Below, piece by piece: positions 56,466 through 64,000 of a stretch of 64,000 nucleotides of DNA. Where the stretch lies: the NCBI GenBank assembly GCA_964456475.1, contig CAYVZI010000007.1, positions 294 to 64,293 on the forward strand, given 5' to 3'. How positions within the stretch are numbered: the stretch's first letter is position 1; each line of letters opens with the position of its first letter. A program made the position numbers and the translations under genes. The DNA is from an uncultured Candidatus Saccharibacteria bacterium. Its GTDB lineage: Bacteria > Patescibacteriota > Minisyncoccia > Phycocordibacterales > UBA9973. A model generated the notes under the pieces. That model saw nothing but the letters and a program-made list of their open reading frames with translations, had not been told where the DNA came from and ran no database searches.

Positions 56466-56515
56466 TATACTCGTGCCGGCCGGATCGATGTTTTACCATC
56501 GGGTAAAACCGTGAG

Positions 56516-56564
56516 GCAGGGTCGTGAAAATTTTGTTTTGACAAAAACAAAATTATTCCTGACC
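56516..56564. repeat. palindromic REP-like element, copy 2
   Basis: Reverse complement reads ggtcaggaataattttgtttttgtcaaaacaaaattttcacgaccctgcc; about 85 percent identical to copy 1. Confidence 0.65.
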
Positions 56565-56755
56565 ACACACAAAACAAAATCACCCCAAACGGGGTGATTT
56601 TGTTTTTCTGCTTGCTGGTCACAAATAATTCTTCGTCGCCACTCGGAATTTTCGCGACCCCACCTCGTGGTTTCGCGTACTCGCGAAGCATCACTCCGGT
56701 TCACAAAAGCGAAAGAGAGAGCCGTAGAGGCTCTCTCTTTACACTCACGCTTTTG

Positions 56756-56828
56756 TGCTCGGGACCAGACTCGAACCGGTGACCTATCCCTCTTCAGGGG
56801 AGCGCTCTACCAACTGAGCTACCCGAGC
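56756..56828 (-). tRNA. tRNA-Phe (anticodon GAA)
   Basis: Reverse complement GCTCGGGTAGCTCAGTTGGTAGAGCGCTCCCCTGAAGAGGGATAGGTCACCGGTTCGAGTCTGGTCCCGAGCA folds canonically with anticodon loop CTGAAGA. Confidence 0.85.
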
Positions 56829-56921
56829 ATTTATTTATTGTAAAAACAGTATCATATTCTTGGCATTTTGCCGACCCCTATCTCTCTGAGGGGATAAACA
56901 GTGTGGGACAGTGTTTATTTC

Positions 56922-56941
56922 ACCAACTGAGCTACCCGAGC
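56922..56941 (-). pseudogene. duplicate of tRNA-Phe positions 1-20 (acceptor 5-prime strand + D-arm)
   Basis: 20 nt identical to 56809..56828, ~95 nt upstream of the intact tRNA on the same strand; followed by unrelated hairpin sequence. Confidence 0.65.
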
Positions 56942-56983
56942 ATATTATTATTTTGTATTTCCTAGAGCCTAATTATCTAAGGC

Positions 56984-57289
56984 CTAGTTCTGTTGCTGTT
57001 GTGTGATTTGATCTATGATACCTTGAATATTTTTTGCTTCAGGGATTTGAAAAAGGGAAGTGCCTTCCTTTTTTTCTCCACTGATACTTGAATAAAGATT
57101 GTTCAAGGTGTTGAAATATGGCTTGAGAAAATAAAAACCACCAACGGCAAATGTGATGATAGCTACCCAATAAATCGCCTTGAACATCTGAGTGTTTTTC
57201 TGAGTACTACGAACCTTCTTGATGTACTCATTATTTTCCTCAGCAAGAGCAAGGATGCGATCTAGCTTTTTTGAATCTTCTGCGTCCAC
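56984..57289 (-). CDS. hypothetical small membrane protein
   Basis: 101 aa; one TM (AIYWVAIITFAVGGFYFL); Gln-rich C-terminus. Confidence 0.4.
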   Translation of the reverse strand: MDAEDSKKLDRILALAEENNEYIKKVRSTQKNTQMFKAIYWVAIITFAVGGFYFLKPYFNTLNNLYSSISGEKKEGTSLFQIPEAKNIQGIIDQITQQQQN

Positions 57290-57385
57290 AGGACTACTTT
57301 AACACAAATATATACGTATTTCAAACAGTACTGGTATAAAAAAATGGCAGGCTTTTCATGCCTGCCAAAAATACGTTTTACGTTC

Positions 57386-57874
57386 CTATACCAGAATTCC
57401 TTCCATTGGTTCGGTGATACTACAGCCATTCCGACTGTACATCACAAGTGAGCCTTCCGTACTTAGTATCCCGTGACCATAAGGGATTGTAGTAGGTCGT
57501 CCATCCGAACTTATTTCAAGTAATTCTTTTGGAAGTATGTACCTGTCGTCTTCATGTGCCACAAGAATGAGCACTTTTGCGCTTGAATTCTGCAAGTGGT
57601 TCAGTATGATTTTTGCCTTACTCAGGTAATTCATACCGTCGTACTCGCGAAGCTCAGGTATTTCATCAAAAGGAATTCCCAAAGGTCCTGCGATGATTAA
57701 AGCTGTTTCTATTGCTTTGTCGGTGGGTGAGGAGATTATAAAGCATTCCTTCATCCCAATGTTTTTTGTAATTGGATCGAGAATGCTCACAATCTGCTTC
57801 TTGCCTTTTGTCGTTAAGTGTCCGCTGTGCGAATTTCCTGGGTTAACGAATAAAATCATTTCCAATAGTTTCAT
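57386..57874 (-). CDS. possible histidine phosphatase superfamily (SixA/PGM-like) protein
   Basis: N-terminal GNSHSGHLTTKG and LILVAHEDD loosely resemble the RHG...SH motifs; weak. Confidence 0.35.
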   Translation of the reverse strand: MKLLEMILFVNPGNSHSGHLTTKGKKQIVSILDPITKNIGMKECFIISSPTDKAIETALIIAGPLGIPFDEIPELREYDGMNYLSKAKIILNHLQNSSAKVLILVAHEDDRYILPKELLEISSDGRPTTIPYGHGILSTEGSLVMYSRNGCSITEPMEGILV

Positions 57875-57979
57875 AAAATGAGTTAGTTTTTGTTTGAAAC
57901 TATATTAACACATATTTGAAAAAATGTACATAGTTTGGAATTGTTTACCGCTTTGTACAAGATTTGATACAATATCAGC

Positions 57980-59002
57980 ATGAATAAAACACGAGTAGCA
58001 ATCAATGGATTCGGCCGTATCGGCCGAGCATTTTTAAAAGTGGCTTGGGAGAGACCGGAAATAGAAATAGTAGCAGTTAATGATTTGGGTTCGATTGAAT
58101 CGCTTACTTATCTTCTTAAATATGACACTGTGTATCGAGGTTGGGGGCATGAAGTGAAAAATGACGGCAAAGATATTTGGGTAGATGGAAAGCAAATCCA
58201 TTTCATCTCAGAAAAAGACACAACCAAGCTTTCATGGAAAGATCTCAATATTGACGTAGTTGTCGAATCTACCGGACTCTTTACTTCATTTGAGGCATCA
58301 CAATTCCATATTACAAATGGTGCAAAAAAGGTGGTTATTTCTGCTCCTTCAAAAGGCGACGGCACAGTACCCGGCGAAACAATCCTTCTTGGTGTAAACG
58401 AAGAAAAATTCGGCACCTGCGCTATCACTTCAAACGCATCATGTACGACAAACGCAGCATCTCCAATCATCGGTATCCTCAGCGAGGCAATCGGTATTGA
58501 GAAGGCGATTCTCAATACTGTACATGGGTACACAGCTTCACAGGCGCTTGTGGACGGTCCAAGCAAGAAAGATCTTCGCGAAGGACGTGCAGCTGCCCAA
58601 AACATCGTGCCAAGTTCTACGGGCGCAGCTATTGCTGTGACCAAGGCATACCCAGAACTCGAAGGACTCTTCGATGGCATTTCAATCCGCGTACCTGTAC
58701 CGGCAGGATCAATCGTCGATGTCACATTCATCGCAAAGCGAGCAACGACAGCAGAAGAAGTAAATGAAATTTTGAAAAAAGCCGCAAACGATCCGCGCTG
58801 GGCGCATGTGTTTGCAGTCACTGAAGAACCGCTCGTCTCGTCAGACATTCTCGGCAATTCACACGCATCTATAGCTGATCTCGCCCTCACTCGTGTAGTA
58901 GGAGGCAATCTCGTGAAAGTAATGGGCTGGTACGACAACGAGATGGGGTATACCCATACACTCGTCGAGCATGTGATTAAGACAGGTAATACGATTAAGT
59001 AG
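57980..59002 (+). CDS. gap: glyceraldehyde-3-phosphate dehydrogenase
   Basis: NGFGRIGR Rossmann motif, SNASCTTN active site, and C-terminal catalytic domain. Confidence 0.9.
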   Translation: MNKTRVAINGFGRIGRAFLKVAWERPEIEIVAVNDLGSIESLTYLLKYDTVYRGWGHEVKNDGKDIWVDGKQIHFISEKDTTKLSWKDLNIDVVVESTGLFTSFEASQFHITNGAKKVVISAPSKGDGTVPGETILLGVNEEKFGTCAITSNASCTTNAASPIIGILSEAIGIEKAILNTVHGYTASQALVDGPSKKDLREGRAAAQNIVPSSTGAAIAVTKAYPELEGLFDGISIRVPVPAGSIVDVTFIAKRATTAEEVNEILKKAANDPRWAHVFAVTEEPLVSSDILGNSHASIADLALTRVVGGNLVKVMGWYDNEMGYTHTLVEHVIKTGNTIK

Positions 59003-59004
59003 CT

Positions 59005-59232
59005 ATGGAAAAAATTAGAATCACCGCCGATAATATCAAGGACTGGTCAAAGTTTCAAACTCTACTCGATGAAGGAAAAGTTAAATTTGATTCTGTTGGT
59101 CGATTAAGATATCTGCACGGTGCTCCAGTTGGTGATTTAATAAAGATTGAAGATGGGTCGTACAAGGAAACTACTGATGAGTGGTTTGATCCTGAAAGCC
59201 TAAAAGCTAAAGAATTTGTATGGTCTCAGTAA
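59005..59232 (+). CDS. hypothetical small protein
   Basis: 75-aa ORF directly after gap. Confidence 0.35.
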   Translation: MEKIRITADNIKDWSKFQTLLDEGKVKFDSVGRLRYLHGAPVGDLIKIEDGSYKETTDEWFDPESLKAKEFVWSQ

Positions 59233-59308
59233 AATGTTGTCGTAATTAAGCAATATATACGCATACTTTGGTTGAGTATGTAATTAATACTGGTGTGACT
59301 ATATAAAA

Positions 59309-59515
59309 ATGAAAAAAATAATCTTGTCTATCATTGTAATCATTTTGGTTCTCGGAATTTGGTTCCCGGTTGTTCCTTTCCCCGCTAAAAAAGGCTGGCA
59401 CGGCGTAAACGGCGAATTCTGCGGAATCGTCTACACTGCGGATTGCGACAAAACGACAATCAAACTCTTTACGCATAAGGGGATCAAAGACGTGATCCAA
59501 AACAAAGCTTATTAA
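59309..59515 (+). CDS. hypothetical small membrane protein
   Basis: 68 aa, N-terminal TM. Confidence 0.35.
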   Translation: MKKIILSIIVIILVLGIWFPVVPFPAKKGWHGVNGEFCGIVYTADCDKTTIKLFTHKGIKDVIQNKAY

Positions 59516-59520
59516 ATTAT

Positions 59521-60327
59521 ATGTCACTCGAAGCACCAGAAAAAAAGGAAAGTTGGGTAAAACGAAACGCTCGTAAAATAATTACTGGCGGAGCTCTTAC
59601 ACTCGCTTCGTTGGTTCCGCATGAAGGGCACACCCAGACATTATCATCCGAGAAGGATACTACTGTATATCCGACAAAAGAGTGGACATATCAAGAAGGT
59701 GATAAGGATTATGGCGTTCATCAATCTAAAAAATATCCAGGTTTTGTAGAATATTTTGGACGCAATATTTACAAGGGAAGCACGGATACAAATGCGTATA
59801 CTTTTACAGGGTATATGACTGAGGACCAAATCCCGATTGATCCGCCGGAAGTAACTGAGCAGAAAATAATAGAGAAAGAAATTGAACTTACATATTTCGT
59901 AGACCCTGAAGAATGGGCTAAAAACCGCTTTGAATTTCAGAAAACCGATGCCTTCAAACAAGAAATTGATTCAAGTTTTGTCGCTTCACTACAAGAGCAA
60001 ATAGAAGCTGGGGAGTTGATGGAAAGGAAGGTTGACACAACAACACCCGATCCATCTGTACCACTAACTGTAGGAGGAGTGGAGGGTTTTATTGATTTGC
60101 GAAGTCCCGATCAAAAATATGGACATGCGGTAAAAGAACTGAATGGTTACAAAAACCACAAAGAAGAATGGCTGCCTTTGATTGTCCAACAAGAGACAAA
60201 AACATATGAACAGCTGGTTGCGGAAGCGAAATCAAGGAAGTCAGAAATTGAGCAAAAGATTAAGGAACTTAGAAAAGAAAAGGAAGAAACCATTAGATAT
60301 ATTCAAGAACATTCAACTAAAAAATAA
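59521..60327 (+). CDS. membrane-anchored hypothetical protein with C-terminal coiled coil
   Basis: N-terminal TM, charged helical C-terminus (EQKIKELRKEKEE). Confidence 0.5.
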   Translation: MSLEAPEKKESWVKRNARKIITGGALTLASLVPHEGHTQTLSSEKDTTVYPTKEWTYQEGDKDYGVHQSKKYPGFVEYFGRNIYKGSTDTNAYTFTGYMTEDQIPIDPPEVTEQKIIEKEIELTYFVDPEEWAKNRFEFQKTDAFKQEIDSSFVASLQEQIEAGELMERKVDTTTPDPSVPLTVGGVEGFIDLRSPDQKYGHAVKELNGYKNHKEEWLPLIVQQETKTYEQLVAEAKSRKSEIEQKIKELRKEKEETIRYIQEHSTKK

Positions 60328-60330
60328 TTT

Positions 60331-60774
60331 ATGAAAATTTATATCGGAACAGATCACGCAGGCTTTGAACTCAAAGAGTCACTCAAGACTTATTTGGTAG
60401 ATTTAGGATGTGTGGTTGAAGATAAAGGCGCTTTCACCTTTGATCCTACAGATGATTATCCAGATTTTGTCCGACCTGTCGCTGAAGCTGTTGCAAAGGA
60501 TGAAGGAAGTCTCGGAGTCGTCCTTGGTAAGTCTGGCGAAGGGGAGGCAATGGTGACTGATAAGGTAGAAGGAATTCGTACAGCTGTGTATTATGGTGGT
60601 TCGCTCGATATTCCGCGCCTTGCACGTGAACACAATAATGCCAATATTCTTTCCCTTGGCGCCGGATTTCTCACAGAAGACGAAGCCAAACAAGCCGTAA
60701 AGATTTTTATTGAAACACCATTCTCGGCTGAAGAAAGACATGAACGCCGAATCGAAAAAATTGAGGATGTTTAA
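60331..60774 (+). CDS. rpiB: ribose-5-phosphate isomerase B
   Basis: MKIYIGTDHAGFELK start and the RpiB/LacAB fold pattern. Confidence 0.85.
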   Translation: MKIYIGTDHAGFELKESLKTYLVDLGCVVEDKGAFTFDPTDDYPDFVRPVAEAVAKDEGSLGVVLGKSGEGEAMVTDKVEGIRTAVYYGGSLDIPRLAREHNNANILSLGAGFLTEDEAKQAVKIFIETPFSAEERHERRIEKIEDV

Positions 60775-60787
60775 CTAACCATTTGTA

Positions 60788-60825
60788 ATCTATACTGTAA
60801 TTTTGCAAAATACCAGTATAGATTC
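60788..60825. promoter_or_regulatory. 38-bp imperfect palindrome (putative ArsR-type operator), copy 1
   Basis: aatctatactgtaattttgcaaaataccagtatagatt, centred on TTTTGCAAAA, immediately upstream of the arsR-like gene. Confidence 0.55.
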
Positions 60826-60838
60826 AGGCAGGTAAAAA

Positions 60839-61114
60839 ATGAACAAAGTCGAATACTATAAACTCGAAAGACTGTTCAAAGGATTTGCGAATCATCGCAG
60901 GATTGAAATCATGTTCCTTTTGGAAGAATCGCCCGAATTGTCTGTGGATGAAATATCTCAAAGACTCAGAGTGAATTTTTGTACAATATCAGACCATATT
61001 CGAAAGCTCGCACAGACAGGTTTGGTTATGAAGCGCTCCGATGGCAACTCTGTTCGACATGCCCTAACAGACAAAGGTAAATCTATACTAGTATTTTGCA
61101 AAATTACAGTATAG
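60839..61114 (+). CDS. ArsR/SmtB-family HTH transcriptional regulator
   Basis: ANHRRIEIMFLL...LSVDEISQRLRVNFCTISDHIRKLAQTGLV winged-HTH pattern. Confidence 0.7.
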   Translation: MNKVEYYKLERLFKGFANHRRIEIMFLLEESPELSVDEISQRLRVNFCTISDHIRKLAQTGLVMKRSDGNSVRHALTDKGKSILVFCKITV

Positions 61115-61117
61115 ATT
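61080..61117. promoter_or_regulatory. 38-bp palindrome, copy 2 (inverted orientation, 1 mismatch)
   Basis: aatctatactagtattttgcaaaattacagtatagatt. Overlaps the last codons of the arsR-like gene and lies upstream of rpe. Confidence 0.55.
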
Positions 61118-61138
61118 TTTTTGTGTATACTTAGATAT

Positions 61139-61855
61139 ATGACTGAGATAATACCAGCAATATTAGAAGCTTCGCTCGAAAATATCGAAAAAAGACTCGA
61201 ACAAGTCCGCACTCATGCAAAAATGGTGCAGATTGATATTTGCGATGGAACTTTTGTACCAAGTCTCACTTGGCCGTTTGTTTCGCCTGCGATCCTTGGA
61301 AAGGCGCTCAATTTGGAAAACAGTCTTACAGAAATGGTGGCAGATGAAAAACAAATGCCGTATTGGGAGGATATGGATTTCGAATTGCATTTGATGGTAG
61401 CAGAACCGAAGAAACTATTTCCGAATATTCTTATAATCGGCCCATCACGAGTATTTTTTCATATCGAAAGTTTTACCGACCATTATGTTGAACTCACTGA
61501 ATGCTTGAAACTTTTGCCCACCATCGTTGAGCCGGGCATTTCTATCAATCCAGATACAAATCCTGAAATTCTGTTTGAAATACTTGATGATGGGCTCGTA
61601 ACATCCGTTCAATGTATGGGAATAGCCAAGATTGGTGCACAAGGTGAACCATTTGATGAACGAGTACTCAAAACTATCGAAGTTCTACATGCCCGATACC
61701 CAAATCTTCCAATCTCTGTTGATGGTGGAGTGAATCTCGAGAATGCAAAACGACTTGTTGATGCCGGTGTATCACGACTTGTTGTTGGTTCTGCGATATT
61801 CACAGCTACCGATATACCAAAACGCATCGCTGAGTTTCGAAAGGTGGTACAATAG
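61139..61855 (+). CDS. rpe: ribulose-phosphate 3-epimerase-like
   Basis: TIM-barrel pattern (IIPAILEAS, VQIDICDG, HLMV, DGGVNLENAKRLVDAG, VVGSAIF). Confidence 0.75.
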   Translation: MTEIIPAILEASLENIEKRLEQVRTHAKMVQIDICDGTFVPSLTWPFVSPAILGKALNLENSLTEMVADEKQMPYWEDMDFELHLMVAEPKKLFPNILIIGPSRVFFHIESFTDHYVELTECLKLLPTIVEPGISINPDTNPEILFEILDDGLVTSVQCMGIAKIGAQGEPFDERVLKTIEVLHARYPNLPISVDGGVNLENAKRLVDAGVSRLVVGSAIFTATDIPKRIAEFRKVVQ

Positions 61856-61952
61856 CAGAGTGTCAATGACTAAATCCTAATTTCTAATTACTAATGAAAT
61901 GAATGAGTTATTTAGAAATTAGATATTAGAACTTAGATATTGAAATTCACTT

Positions 61953-62816
61953 ATGTTATCCGACCAGAAAATTTTAGAACTCGAAACGACTGCGAATAAT
62001 ATTCGCATGTCGATTATTGAAATGCTTCTCGAAGCCAAGAGTGGTCACTCAGCTGGTCCACTTGGTATGGCAGACATTTTTTCATATTTATATTTTCACG
62101 CACTTCGTCATGATGCAAAGAGACCTGATTGGGTAGAACGTGATCGTCTCGTACTCTCGAACGGACATATCTGTCCGGTATATTATGCAACTCTTGCTCA
62201 TGCAGGATATTTTCCGCTATCTGAATTGCAGACGCTACGTAAATTTGGCTCGCGACTCCAGGGTCATCCGCATCGTGAATGGCTTCCATTTGTTGAGACG
62301 TCATCCGGTCCACTTGGGTCCGGTCTTTCACAGGCTGTGGGTATGGCAATTGCGGATAAGATTGATTTTGGCGAAGTTGCTACACGACGCATCTATGCGT
62401 TGCTCTCAGATGGCGAGCTTCAAGAAGGGAATACTTGGGAGGCAGTAATGCTTGGTGCGAAATATAAGCTTCATAATCTCACTGCGATTGTGGATTACAA
62501 TAATATTCAGATAGAGGGATACATCGAAGACATCATGCCACTCGCGCCGCTTGCAGAAAAATGGAGAAGTTTCAACTGGCATGTGATCGAAGTCGATGGA
62601 CACGATTTTACTGCTATCGACAACGCATTTGAAACAGCAAAAACTATTTTTGAAAAGCCAACCGTAATTCTTGCCCATACAATCCCAGGCAAAGGAGTAG
62701 ATTTTATGGAGCACGACTTCCATTGGCACGGCAAACCGCCATCTACTGAAGAAGGAAAGAAGGCACTGAATGAACTCCGAACATTGGGTGGTAAGATAAA
62801 AAGTGAACATCAATAA
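61953..62816 (+). CDS. transketolase, N-terminal (TPP-binding) subunit
   Basis: GHSAGPLGMADI, GHP, and LSDGELQEGNTWEA motifs of the transketolase N-terminal half. Confidence 0.85.
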   Translation: MLSDQKILELETTANNIRMSIIEMLLEAKSGHSAGPLGMADIFSYLYFHALRHDAKRPDWVERDRLVLSNGHICPVYYATLAHAGYFPLSELQTLRKFGSRLQGHPHREWLPFVETSSGPLGSGLSQAVGMAIADKIDFGEVATRRIYALLSDGELQEGNTWEAVMLGAKYKLHNLTAIVDYNNIQIEGYIEDIMPLAPLAEKWRSFNWHVIEVDGHDFTAIDNAFETAKTIFEKPTVILAHTIPGKGVDFMEHDFHWHGKPPSTEEGKKALNELRTLGGKIKSEHQ

Positions 62817-62817
62817 G

Positions 62818-62856
62818 AATAGTAAGTAGAAAATAGATAGTAGAAAGTAGTAAGAT
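62818..62856 (+). repeat. stop-codon-rich repeat (copy e)
   Basis: aatagtaagtagaaaatagatagtagaaagtagtaag, directly after the transketolase-N stop. Confidence 0.65.
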
Positions 62857-63112
62857 GCAAAATCAAAGACCAAAATTAAAGCCGACCGATCGAATACTTT
62901 TGATTTTTATCATTGTGTTGATTATTATTGGGGTTGTAGTTTACTTTTTTCAATTTTATCAAAAATATGTTCATCGAGTATGTACAGAAGAATCGATTGA
63001 GGAAGAAGTTCGAACTCATATTCCTCGGCCGTATACATACATGAGCTGCCGCCATAATTATGGAATATTTCAAAAAGGTGACGATGCACCACTTGCTCCA
63101 GCTCCATACTAA
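62855..63112 (+). CDS. hypothetical small membrane protein
   Basis: 85 aa, one TM (ILLIFIIVLIIIGVVVYFF), between the two transketolase subunit genes. Confidence 0.35.
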   Translation: MQNQRPKLKPTDRILLIFIIVLIIIGVVVYFFQFYQKYVHRVCTEESIEEEVRTHIPRPYTYMSCRHNYGIFQKGDDAPLAPAPY

Positions 63113-63120
63113 CTAGTTAT

Positions 63121-64000
63121 ATGTTAAACCCTAATGCAAAATTAAATCCAAAAGTGTGGAATGACGACGTCGAGCAAGTGCCGATCCGTCAGGGTTTTGG
63201 TGATGGTTTGCTCCAGGCGGGGACCGAGGACGAAAGCATTGTTGGTCTTTGTGCTGATCTCACTGAATCTACCAAGATGAATCTCTTTGCTGGCCGATTT
63301 CCAAAGCGATTTGTGCAGGTGGGGGTTGCCGAGCAGAATCTTGCAACCGTTGCATCCGGAATGGCGGCAATGGGCAAGCTTCCTTTTATTGCTTCATACA
63401 CCATGTTTTCGCCTGGACGCAACTGGGAACAAATTCGCACGACTATCACATACAATAATGTACCTGTAATCATCGTAGGAGCGCATGCAGGAGTTTCTGT
63501 GGGGCCTGACGGTGGAACACACCAGGCGCTTGAAGATATCGCTCTTATGCGCGTTTTGCCACGTATGAATGTGATCGTGCCGTGCGATGCGATTGAGGCT
63601 AAGAAGGCAACACTCGCACTTGCGAAACTTCGACAACCCGCATTCATTCGTCTTGCTCGCGAGAAAAGTCCAATCGTTACAACTCTCGATACACCGTTTG
63701 AAATCGGTAAGGCGCAGATATTTTTCCAACCCGATGGAATTGCGCATGTGGGAGTTATTGCAATGGGTGCACTTGTGCACAACGCGATGAAGGCTGCGCA
63801 GAAATTGGAGAAAGAGGGAATTCGCGTGAAGGTGATGAATCTTTCATCAATTAAACCGCTTGATACTGAAGCTATTATCGCACTCGCGCGCGAAGCCAAA
63901 ACTCTTGTCACTGTGGAAGAACACCAGGTTGCTGGTGGAATGGGATCTGCTGTCGCTGAATGTCTTGCAAAAAATCTGCCCACGCCGATTGAATTCGTCG
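63121..64000 (+). CDS. transketolase, C-terminal (pyrimidine-binding) subunit; runs off the window end
   Basis: Hand translation from ATG 63121: MLNPNAKLNPKVWNDD...GVAEQNLATVASGMAAMG...GPDGGTHQALEDIALMR. No stop before 64000. Confidence 0.85.
   Translation, partial: MLNPNAKLNPKVWNDDVEQVPIRQGFGDGLLQAGTEDESIVGLCADLTESTKMNLFAGRFPKRFVQVGVAEQNLATVASGMAAMGKLPFIASYTMFSPGRNWEQIRTTITYNNVPVIIVGAHAGVSVGPDGGTHQALEDIALMRVLPRMNVIVPCDAIEAKKATLALAKLRQPAFIRLAREKSPIVTTLDTPFEIGKAQIFFQPDGIAHVGVIAMGALVHNAMKAAQKLEKEGIRVKVMNLSSIKPLDTEAIIALAREAKTLVTVEEHQVAGGMGSAVAECLAKNLPTPIEFV

Noticed and set aside
56449-56782. ORFs 56449..56694, 56465..56704 (-) and 56594..56782 (+).
   Set aside because: They overlap the tRNA-Arg terminator, the palindromic REP-like copy 2, the conserved hairpin module and tRNA-Phe.
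1-64000. Alternative genetic code (UGA recoding as in some CPR lineages).
   Set aside because: Confident housekeeping genes are full length and terminate at TGA, TAA or TAG under the standard code without in-frame TGA read-through.

Overview
This window looks like a compact, low-GC bacterial chromosome segment. The gene content suggests a Candidate Phyla Radiation / Patescibacteria-type organism, but that is inference: short housekeeping genes, fragmentary central metabolism (fba, gap, rpiB, rpe, split tkt), freestanding LAGLIDADG-like genes, a giant surface protein, and tRNA-Gln with a U1:A72 pair. Standard code, TGA used as stop. Confident housekeeping calls include rpmG, miaA, a short rel/spoT, topA, dprA, serS, dusB-like, dnaX (short gamma form), two TrmH/GNAT-type enzymes, fba, PBP2, greA, lysS, a truncated dcw cluster (mraZ-rsmH-ftsL-like-ftsI-murF), gap, rpiB, rpe, split transketolase, ParB and a glutaredoxin-like protein. 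Seven tRNA genes were found by hand folding: Trp-CCA, Leu-CAA, Gln-TTG, Glu-CTC, Arg-CCT and Phe-GAA, plus two 5-prime-half tRNA duplicates. The most unusual region is a ~15 kb cell-surface island at 36.7-52 kb. It holds a 3157-aa protein with a doubled DUF2341/LamG module and long Thr/Gly/Ser beta-helix-like repeats. Next to it is a smaller paralog that shares its C-terminal domain, which ends in TGTF and looks WxL-like. After that come a DUF916/DUF3324-like Ig-fold membrane-anchored protein, a dockerin-bearing protein with a 23-residue poly-Gly tract, and two cohesin-domain proteins with C-terminal membrane anchors. Together these suggest a Csc/WxL-like surface complex combined with cohesin-dockerin modules. 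Other recurring signals: a stop-codon-rich ~30-nt repeat family placed right after stop codons; an ATACTGTATAC motif in several promoter regions, twice as 21-nt-spaced tandem pairs just upstream of start codons; conserved hairpin and palindromic REP-like elements around the tRNA cluster; and a 38-bp palindrome on both sides of an arsR-like gene. No CRISPR arrays, rRNA, transposases or integrases were seen.
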